IMG/VR virus record: IMGVR_UViG_3300033415_000009
Location: 1-32,763 of that record
From: a virus
Taxonomy: Duplodnaviria > Caudoviricetes
Strand: one strand, 5' to 3'
Length of the DNA: 32,763 bases
Each line of letters starts with the position of its first letter. The first letter of the stretch is position 1. The notes beneath the pieces are model-generated. The model searched no databases. It saw only the letters and a program-made list of their open reading frames with translations, and was not told the DNA's origin. The position numbers and the translations under genes were made by a program. This document shows positions 25,934 to 32,763 of the stretch, one piece after another.

Positions 25934-28843
25934 ATGACGTCATTTTTCCCTTCACGCTCCAGCGCCAGTACGACGTTGCCCAGTTACGGCACAGAGTCGG
26001 CCCTTCCTTCAACGGCCACAGTGGGCGATGTGGCTACCGTATTAGACACGGCAAGTATTTGGGTTTATGGGGGTGTCACGTGGGCCATGGTGGCCAGCCG
26101 GATCAACTTTGCGGGTGTGGGCACAGGGGTCCTCAATGGGGGCACCATCACCGTGAACCCCGGTGGGGCCAGTTACGCCGTGAGCAATGGCTGGGGTATT
26201 TACTTAGATTACACGACGAGTCCCCATAGTTTTTTCATTAGCCGGTGGAGCAATTTAACAACTGTCCCTGTGAACAACACGCGACCTAACACGTATATCG
26301 CCATCAATAAAGATGGGACTTTGTTCGAAACAGGCACCGCTTTAACCTCATCGGAAGAGAGGGACTACATTTACCTAGGCGCTTATACTCAAGTGGGCGG
26401 CGTGATTATTGGTATGAAGTCCGCTCCAGTCCTGGCTATCTCCCCCGCTAATCAGTTTAATGACATCTTGCGGGCTATTGGAATATTCAAAGTGAATGGG
26501 TTGACATTTGCAGGGATTCCGGCTTCTCTTTCCCTGTCACGCTCCCTAGGCGTCATGTTTGACCGGGGAAACAACTGGAAAAACACAGAGAAGGATCCTC
26601 ATCAGATTGCTATTGCAGCCCAAAGCCCGCTGACATTTAAACGAGTCACGCAGACCACAATCAACGCAACCAACTTTACCACGCTAGACGTGACAAACTA
26701 CGATGCAGCGGGCACGGTGACGGCGATCAGCGGCTCAAGTAACCAAGCCCAAAACTTCAGGGTTTACCAGTGGGGCACGGGCACGGTTTACGTGCAGTAT
26801 GGGCAAGTCGTTTACCCGAGTCTTTCCCAAGCTGTGTCTGCCTTGCCTACAGAGAGTTTTGTGACTAACGCTGTTATCACGCCTCAAGATGCCGTGCTCG
26901 TGTGCTCGATATCTGTCACTAAGGGTGCGACAAGTTTAACAAATTCCTCTGATGCCATCTTCCATTTAGCGGGCCGTTTTGGAGATGTGGGAGGTGGTGC
27001 TAGTGGGAGTGTGGCCTCTGTCACTTTGCAACAGGCCTTTGACAACTCCCTTCAGCCTGAGATCCAAACATCCAGCGTAAATGGGGGTTTGAATATACGC
27101 AGAGGGGCCACGGCTTCAGCTGGGGATATTGTGATTATTGAGAACCTCGGGGGCACCAAAGTGGCTTCGGTCACTGACACGGGTGGGCTGACGATTGGCA
27201 CCTCGACGGGCATTCTCCACTCCAACGCCAGTGGGGTCATCTCGTCGAGCCCTATTGTAGACGCTGATGTGGACGCCTCAGCAGCCATTGCGGGCACCAA
27301 GATAGCCCCCAACTTTGGTAGCCAAACAGTCTCCACAACGGGGGCCTTAAGTGCCTTTAGTGTGACGGGCACTAGCCAAGTCGTGAGTGGGGGGTTAACG
27401 ACCAGTGCCTTTGGCTACTCCTGCCCCGCTAACTTTGGGCTCGATACCAGCGCAGCCGGAACCCTCTCGATAGCGGGCTCTACGGCCACCACACTCAACC
27501 TCGGTGTCTCCACATCTAACACGACTCTCAACCTGTCTACGGGCTCAGGAATCGCCACCATTAACGTGGGCAGCGGGCTTTCGGACACACTCAATCTCAA
27601 TGCGGCAGCCAACTTCACTGACCCCTTGCTCACCTTAAATAGGGGTGGTGCTGCCGCCAGTGGGGCCGGTGTGGGCTTTGAAGTCGAGGAGAATGGGAGT
27701 TCCGCGGGTTATATCAAGGTGGGTGCCACTCGGACCTCTTACCAACTCAAGCCCCCAGCAGCGGGCATCATCGAGTTAGTGAGTGCTGGAGCCGATACAA
27801 CGCTAACGGCCACTAGCACAGTGGCACGGGCGTTGAGTCTGCCCAATGTGAGTGGAACCCTGGTGTCTAGCGGGGACACGGGCACGGTGACGGCTACCAT
27901 GCTAGCAGCGGACAGCGTGACGAGTGCCAAGATCCTAGATGGGACAATAGTCAACGCAGATATCAACGCTAGTGCTGCCATAGATGGCACTAAAATAGTG
28001 TCAGCGAGTGCAAGCGTGGCTGGAGTTGTGACGTTGGGAGCACAAACCCTAGCGGGGGATAAAACACTCAGTGGGGTCACAACCATTTCTAACGCCACGG
28101 CAGCCAGCGCCACGGATCCCACGATTGGGGCGTTGGTTGTGACGGGCGGCATTGGGGTGGGGGACAGCCTCACGGTGAAGGGTGGTTGGATTGAATTGGG
28201 GCAAGGGCGGGCCGCAGATGGGACGTCGTTTGTGGACTTCAAATCTGTCTCGGCAGCCCAAGACTTTAGCGCTCGTGTCATCCGGGCTTCAGGTGCCAAT
28301 GGGAACTTGAGCATCACCAACACGGGCACAGGGACGACCGTCATCAATAACAACGGTGGTGGGGGTGTGGGTAACGGCACACTTGTCCAAGGCTTAAGAA
28401 CTTCTGCTGTTATAACAACAACTTTAGGCGCCACCTACGGCGCTGCTACGGGCTACATTGGAGAGATCCTTTACAGCTCGCTCGCCACAACCACGGCCAC
28501 ATCGGCCAGCCCGCAGAGCGCACAGATTGGAACCCTGACCCTCACGGCAGGGATTTGGCTGGTGACGACTCATGTGAATGGCGACTCCACGGGTGGAACC
28601 ATTGATAGGTTAGAAGTGAGTATTGCGCTAGCAGCGAGCACTTTTGACTACAACGCCGCCAGTCAAGCCCGGCAAGGAACCGGTGTGGCGTGTGTTGGGG
28701 CCAGTCGGGTCATGGCGGTGACGGCCAACACCATCGTGTACGGCTTTGCCATTGTGACGCCGGCCTCAGCGTCGAGTTGCCGCATCAACGGGGATTCTTC
28801 TGCACCCGAGCGTTCCTATTTGCGGGCTGTGCGTATAGCCTAG
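25934..28843 (+). CDS. Fibre / receptor-binding virion protein
   Basis: 969 aa T/G/S/A-rich protein. Fibre motifs IV.AD..ASAAI.GTKI (twice), AQT.AG.KT, GALVVTGGIGV and GYIGE; ends in L.AVRIA. Confidence 0.8.
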   Translation: MTSFFPSRSSASTTLPSYGTESALPSTATVGDVATVLDTASIWVYGGVTWAMVASRINFAGVGTGVLNGGTITVNPGGASYAVSNGWGIYLDYTTSPHSFFISRWSNLTTVPVNNTRPNTYIAINKDGTLFETGTALTSSEERDYIYLGAYTQVGGVIIGMKSAPVLAISPANQFNDILRAIGIFKVNGLTFAGIPASLSLSRSLGVMFDRGNNWKNTEKDPHQIAIAAQSPLTFKRVTQTTINATNFTTLDVTNYDAAGTVTAISGSSNQAQNFRVYQWGTGTVYVQYGQVVYPSLSQAVSALPTESFVTNAVITPQDAVLVCSISVTKGATSLTNSSDAIFHLAGRFGDVGGGASGSVASVTLQQAFDNSLQPEIQTSSVNGGLNIRRGATASAGDIVIIENLGGTKVASVTDTGGLTIGTSTGILHSNASGVISSSPIVDADVDASAAIAGTKIAPNFGSQTVSTTGALSAFSVTGTSQVVSGGLTTSAFGYSCPANFGLDTSAAGTLSIAGSTATTLNLGVSTSNTTLNLSTGSGIATINVGSGLSDTLNLNAAANFTDPLLTLNRGGAAASGAGVGFEVEENGSSAGYIKVGATRTSYQLKPPAAGIIELVSAGADTTLTATSTVARALSLPNVSGTLVSSGDTGTVTATMLAADSVTSAKILDGTIVNADINASAAIDGTKIVSASASVAGVVTLGAQTLAGDKTLSGVTTISNATAASATDPTIGALVVTGGIGVGDSLTVKGGWIELGQGRAADGTSFVDFKSVSAAQDFSARVIRASGANGNLSITNTGTGTTVINNNGGGGVGNGTLVQGLRTSAVITTTLGATYGAATGYIGEILYSSLATTTATSASPQSAQIGTLTLTAGIWLVTTHVNGDSTGGTIDRLEVSIALAASTFDYNAASQARQGTGVACVGASRVMAVTANTIVYGFAIVTPASASSCRINGDSSAPERSYLRAVRIA

Positions 28844-28868
28844 TGCCTAGTTTTTGTAGAGGTTGTCT

Positions 28869-29165
28869 ATGTATTTAAAGGACTTTGAGCGTCTCATTAA
28901 AGACGAATATTCAGATTGGGATCACTCCTATTGCCCCATGAAGTCCACTTCAAACCGCGTCAGCTGTAACGCTATTTACGATAGAGATGATAGAGATAAT
29001 AGAGATAATAAAGATGGAATAGATGACATTATAGCCATCTATATTGAGGCTAAGTCGAGTGTTAAATGGTTCTTGAAGAAGAGAGATGGGACGTGCATTA
29101 AGGGGAATGGCGACTCATCCATCTACATCACTGCACAAGAATTTAACAATAATATTGTCAGGTAG
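28869..29165 (+). CDS. Hypothetical protein
   Basis: AT-rich ORF with GAGG SD before ATG 28869; contains a short DRD repeat. Confidence 0.55.
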   Translation: MYLKDFERLIKDEYSDWDHSYCPMKSTSNRVSCNAIYDRDDRDNRDNKDGIDDIIAIYIEAKSSVKWFLKKRDGTCIKGNGDSSIYITAQEFNNNIVR

Positions 29166-29244
29166 AACGCTAGGGGGAACCCCAATAATGCTAGAATAGT
29201 GATGGGTCGTCCCCTCATGTCAGCAGAATGGAGAGAAGAAAAAT

Positions 29245-29631
29245 ATGCCACTTCAGAGTCTAATAGGGTTCGTCGCACCACGAGTTATCAAATATTTATT
29301 TTCTAACTTAAGCGTGTGGGCATTGCCTTTAGCTAAGGGTGTGGCTGGTAATTTCGCTGGAGATGCTTATAAAAAAAGCAGATTAGAGATTGCACAGTGG
29401 ATCAAGGACGCTGTGCCCGGTGAGCGTTTTGACGACCTAGCGGTGAAAGTGGTCGATGTCATGATCGCCGTTGCCATGGAAGAAGTCTTCAAGCTTATCG
29501 GCATGGAAGCGGGCAGTGGGCTAGGTCTCGATATGGGGAAGATCCAAGAGCTGGGAGAGGCTACAGAAGTCTTTGATAGTATTAAAGATACTGTTGTCAA
29601 TCGTGTGAGAACTTCAGTCGCTAATTTCTAG
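29245..29631 (+). CDS. Hypothetical protein upstream of lysin candidate
   Basis: 128 aa with GGAG SD and an amphipathic/hydrophobic N-terminus. A holin role is not established. Confidence 0.65.
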   Translation: MPLQSLIGFVAPRVIKYLFSNLSVWALPLAKGVAGNFAGDAYKKSRLEIAQWIKDAVPGERFDDLAVKVVDVMIAVAMEEVFKLIGMEAGSGLGLDMGKIQELGEATEVFDSIKDTVVNRVRTSVANF

Positions 29632-29664
29632 ACTCATCAACTTTAGACTCATGGAGGGAAAAAC

Positions 29665-30129
29665 GTGCCATCCTATTTAAGGCTTGAGAAAACACAAGAG
29701 ACTTTTACAGATAATACCTACAAATGTACGCTGAAAATCTTCGACGATAAAGAGCAATATGCGGGTTCTTGGACTGTCTGCACGGGCCAAGGTTACGCAC
29801 AGAAGTTTCGTCAAGCGGGGCGCAATATCCCCGGTTCCATGGAGCCCTTACCTCAAGGAATCTATGAGGTCTTTGACATGGAATGGGCGGGGGGTAAGGA
29901 CAACTGGGGGGTGAGTCATGGCCCCGGTTTAGGCCCCGTGTTTGTCCCCATCGTGTGCCGAGAGGAAACGAGGCGGGGAGAATTTGGTATCCACATCGAC
30001 TACAACCGGGGCTCCTCAAGCGGCACGGCGGGCTGTATTGGGGTCCTTGACGAACAGGACATGGTGGAGATTGTGCAGCACTTGCGCACGTTTGATCCTA
30101 AAGTCTTGCGGGTCGAGTGGGAGCTCTGA
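29665..30129 (+). CDS. L,D-transpeptidase-fold (YkuD/Tlde1-like) peptidoglycan enzyme, candidate endolysin
   Basis: PLPQG.Y, GLGP.F.PI and RGEFGIH.D.N....GTAGCI give a His...[S/T]xGC catalytic motif. GGAGG SD with GTG start. Confidence 0.7.
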   Translation: MPSYLRLEKTQETFTDNTYKCTLKIFDDKEQYAGSWTVCTGQGYAQKFRQAGRNIPGSMEPLPQGIYEVFDMEWAGGKDNWGVSHGPGLGPVFVPIVCREETRRGEFGIHIDYNRGSSSGTAGCIGVLDEQDMVEIVQHLRTFDPKVLRVEWEL

Positions 30130-30533
30130 TGGAGCCCAAGAGGCAAAAGGGGGGCTCACTTCGTGAGTCCGAGATCCAGCGTCAAATACTCGAATACCTC
30201 GCCACTCAAGAAGATGTCTTTATGTGGCGTTCTCAGTCCACTGGAGTGTTTAACCCCGTGAGTGGGACATGGCGTAAATTGCAAGGCATAGGGCGTATAC
30301 AGGGCGTTTCAGACATCTTAGGCATCTTAGGGTCTGTGGGGGTAAAGGAGGGTGCTTTAGTGGGCTGTGGGCGCTTTTTAGCCATCGAGGTGAAGAGTCG
30401 TTACGGCAAGCCCACCCCAGCTCAAGAGCAGTTCCTCCTTCAGGTAAATAACCGTGGAGGGCTAGCGTTTATAGCGAGGAGTTTAGAAGAAGTCACCGAG
30501 CAGCTTAGACGGCACCGGGTGGCAGTGTCATGA
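30129..30533 (+). CDS. VRR-NUC domain nuclease (PD-(D/E)xK, resolvase-like)
   Basis: E..IQ..I..YL, G.SDILG, F.AIEVK...GK....Q..FL and GG.AF.ARS.EEV. Confidence 0.88.
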   Translation: MEPKRQKGGSLRESEIQRQILEYLATQEDVFMWRSQSTGVFNPVSGTWRKLQGIGRIQGVSDILGILGSVGVKEGALVGCGRFLAIEVKSRYGKPTPAQEQFLLQVNNRGGLAFIARSLEEVTEQLRRHRVAVS

Positions 30534-30885
30534 GCTCAAGCGGATAGGCTGGCTGAGGCTCTAGAGGTGTCAGTGTAGGGATAGGTGTAGGGATAGGTGT
30601 AGGGATAGGCTGTGTAGGGGTGGGGGTAGGGAGGCTTGCGGTGGTGGCATGGTCATGAACCACGCATGAAATGCCTGTTAATGCCACGTAACAATAGGTA
30701 CTCCACTCGGGCATCTTGCACTGGTAAAGGGCGGGCTTCTCACTGATCTTATCACATTTCGAAGAAATGACAGGAGCGGGGGACTGGGCTAGAGGAGCTG
30801 CAAGCCCATCACTAAACAGTACACAAGCCGTTGTTACGCAAGCTAAAATAGAGACACCTACAAAAGTCAACTGTTTGAATTCCAC
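30505..30885 (-). CDS. Exported/membrane-anchored small Cys-containing protein with Pro-Thr tail
   Basis: N-terminal hydrophobic signal-like segment, a four-Cys core and (PTPI) repeats from a 12-bp tandem. AGAGGGG SD with GTG start. Confidence 0.6.
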   Translation of the reverse strand: MEFKQLTFVGVSILACVTTACVLFSDGLAAPLAQSPAPVISSKCDKISEKPALYQCKMPEWSTYCYVALTGISCVVHDHATTASLPTPTPTQPIPTPIPTPIPTLTPLEPQPAYPLELMTLPPGAV

Positions 30886-30941
30886 GGTTTATTCCCCTCT
30901 TGAGTTGGTTGTTCTATTTTACCACGAGGGGGAATCAGAGA

Positions 30942-31619
30942 TCAGAACGGCACGTCTTCAAAACTTTGGTGGCTCGAAAAAGCGGCCAGTGTTTTCTCCC
31001 TTTGCAAGTCACTCATGGGGTTTTGAGAAGCGGGGGTTAAAGGAGCTTGAGCCTTAGCCAGTTTAGTGTCTCTGAGTGCTGTGGCCTTTTGGCAGACCTG
31101 AGGGTGGCCCGTTATTGTCTCAGTGGCAAGTGGGCCTTTAATAGGCTCCATATACCTATGGACTCCCTCAAACTCCCCACGGCCAAAGTACGCAGCAATC
31201 TCAGGTCTGAGTTCATGCTTCACCTTATCCATCTTGTGGTAGACACGAATATAGATAGACTTATCTATAGTGAGCAAGGGAAAGTCTCTTTCTAAATCGT
31301 CAATCTGTGTGTCATTCGATAACCCGCAGGCTATAAGAATATCTGCCAGTGTACGTTGACTGATAGCCGTCACCTGTTCGTTAGGGTGGCTTATCATCAA
31401 GTTGTTCCAGAGCCTTCTGCTGACAAAAGGGCAATCAGGGTATTCAATTTGAGGCTCTATTGTAAACTCAAAGGCAAAGAAGGGATGCCCAGCCTGAGAG
31501 ACTTTGTGTTCACATCCGCTTATTTTAGCTGCATAACTCCCCTCAGGCAGTAGGTCCCTATCCTGACTGACATTGATTTTAGACTGCTCGATAGCTCTTA
31601 GGTTCAGTGTAAAGCTCAT
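30942..31619 (-). CDS. DUF669-like single-stranded DNA-binding protein
   Basis: LPEG.Y.A.I...E.K.S.AG, R.LW.NL...HPN and an acidic aromatic tail EDVPF. It lies downstream of the Sak4-like gene. Confidence 0.8.
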   Translation of the reverse strand: MSFTLNLRAIEQSKINVSQDRDLLPEGSYAAKISGCEHKVSQAGHPFFAFEFTIEPQIEYPDCPFVSRRLWNNLMISHPNEQVTAISQRTLADILIACGLSNDTQIDDLERDFPLLTIDKSIYIRVYHKMDKVKHELRPEIAAYFGRGEFEGVHRYMEPIKGPLATETITGHPQVCQKATALRDTKLAKAQAPLTPASQNPMSDLQREKTLAAFSSHQSFEDVPF

Positions 31620-32659
31620 GATGTGACTCCTGTTTTCAATGCTTGATTAGCCTCGGCATCGAATATAGATGTGAACACTTTATGGGTCGGGTTACTCAAG
31701 CTGGGCTTGATAAACTCAAATCTATTCTTAGCCATAATCCCCCCTTCCTGTGAAGTGATGAGCTTCCGGCCTCGTGTAGCCGATAGCTTTTCCTTAGTCA
31801 TTCCCAGCTGTTCCTCTCTGATGAGGATGTCAAAGGTGTAATAAAAGATAAAATCACACTGGATATTCAACCAACCCACGAGCCCTTTATAGAGGCTAGG
31901 GAATGTGGAGTGCATGAGCTTGCTATCGCCCAGTGTGTCAATCTTTTCCTTTTCGTGCCCAATTAACAATAGGTTGCACTGGTTGTTAGCGAGGTACCGC
32001 ATGACCCCAGTGGAGGCCGTTTGACCACCAAGGAAGTCCTTGACCAGTGTGTTTAACTTATCGTAATCCCTACCAAAATCAGCATCGAGTGCAGTCTTTT
32101 GGTTCTCTATAAGGTATTGCCGTTCAAAGATATTAGCTAAACTCGTTATGCTATCGATGATGATGGTGGTGTAGCCCTGTTGCACGGCAAAGGCGATAGC
32201 CCGCTTAATCTTGGCGATGGTGGCCCTAGGGGTATCTTGCTCTGCGATTGATATCCTCGTGCAGTCTAGGCCATCTCCACCCCGTTCTAAGTCGATAACT
32301 AGGGAGCCGGGTATTTGAGAACACAGTGTGGTTTTGCCTACCCCGGGGCAGCCATAGACTAAGCCCACATAGGGCCTGAGGACCTTTGAGCGGAGAATTG
32401 TGAACTCGGGCTCTTGCGGCTCTTGCGGTTCTTTTGCGTAGCCTGTGTTTGCGTAGCCTGTGTTTGCGTAGCCTGTGCTGGTCTGTGCCTGTGGAGTGGG
32501 TGCTAGGGGTGAACCCTTTGGAGTTGCAGCTGTTTTAGGAGTGGGTGTTTGTGGTCTAGAGTCGGAGGGTGTGGGGTCTTGTAGGCCCATCTCTTCTATG
32601 AGTTTGTCTATCTCTAGGGACACGGGATCTAATTCTGACTCTTGCTTTCTTGCTGTCAT
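31616..32659 (-). CDS. Sak4-like AAA_24 ATPase (phage ssDNA annealing/recombination protein)
   Basis: YG.PGVGKTT, IDLE.G, IIIDSI, GHEK and AKNR; low-complexity N-terminal extension. Confidence 0.85.
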   Translation of the reverse strand: MTARKQESELDPVSLEIDKLIEEMGLQDPTPSDSRPQTPTPKTAATPKGSPLAPTPQAQTSTGYANTGYANTGYAKEPQEPQEPEFTILRSKVLRPYVGLVYGCPGVGKTTLCSQIPGSLVIDLERGGDGLDCTRISIAEQDTPRATIAKIKRAIAFAVQQGYTTIIIDSITSLANIFERQYLIENQKTALDADFGRDYDKLNTLVKDFLGGQTASTGVMRYLANNQCNLLLIGHEKEKIDTLGDSKLMHSTFPSLYKGLVGWLNIQCDFIFYYTFDILIREEQLGMTKEKLSATRGRKLITSQEGGIMAKNRFEFIKPSLSNPTHKVFTSIFDAEANQALKTGVTS

Positions 32660-32763
32660 TTCAACACCTTAAGACACTTAACCGTTAATCACCTTAATCA
32701 ACTCAACCAAATTTAGATGGAATTGTAGGCGGTGTAAATAGGTTTCTGCAAGTTGTGTTTCTG

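Larger units (their letters stand above)
1..32763. mobile_element. Tailed bacteriophage genome segment (podovirus-like morphogenesis genes), possibly a phage-plasmid
   Basis: Portal, scaffold, capsid, adaptor, nozzle, ejection proteins, TerL, fibre, SSB and Sak4-like genes are present. There is no tape measure, sheath or host housekeeping gene. Two RepL-like genes are present and no integrase is seen in the window. Confidence 0.93.

Noticed and set aside
27739-28434. 231 aa antisense ORF and other antisense or alternate-frame ORFs within the portal, nozzle, ejection, TerL and fibre genes
   Set aside because: These are shadow frames of long genes with biased codon use; they have no recognisable motifs.
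29245-29631. Holin call
   Set aside because: No convincing uninterrupted transmembrane helix; position next to the lysin candidate is not enough.
1-32763. Terminal repeats or att sites indicating a complete genome or prophage ends
   Set aside because: The window ends do not match each other, and no integrase, tRNA or host gene is visible.

Overview
The whole window reads as a tailed dsDNA phage genome segment of podovirus-like architecture. It carries a P22-type portal, scaffold, major capsid protein, tail nozzle, three probable ejection proteins, terminase large subunit, a fibre protein, an L,D-transpeptidase-fold lysin candidate, VRR-NUC, a DUF669-type SSB and a Sak4-like AAA ATPase. No integrase, rRNA, tRNA or CRISPR array was seen. 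The most unusual part is a symmetric cassette at about 19.1-22.3 kb. The head-tail adaptor gene (20455-21126) sits alone between two near-identical inverted repeats of 227 and 212 bp (20143-20369 and 21218-21429) that are rich in CAGCC/AACAGCC repeats. About 220 bp outside each arm, a RepL-like replication protein gene points outward, and the two RepL-like proteins are highly divergent. A second accessory block, on the minus strand inside the morphogenesis cluster, holds an HNH endonuclease, a ParB fusion and a TAGT/GREB1-like glycosyltransferase. All family assignments come from motif recognition by eye; no database search was run.
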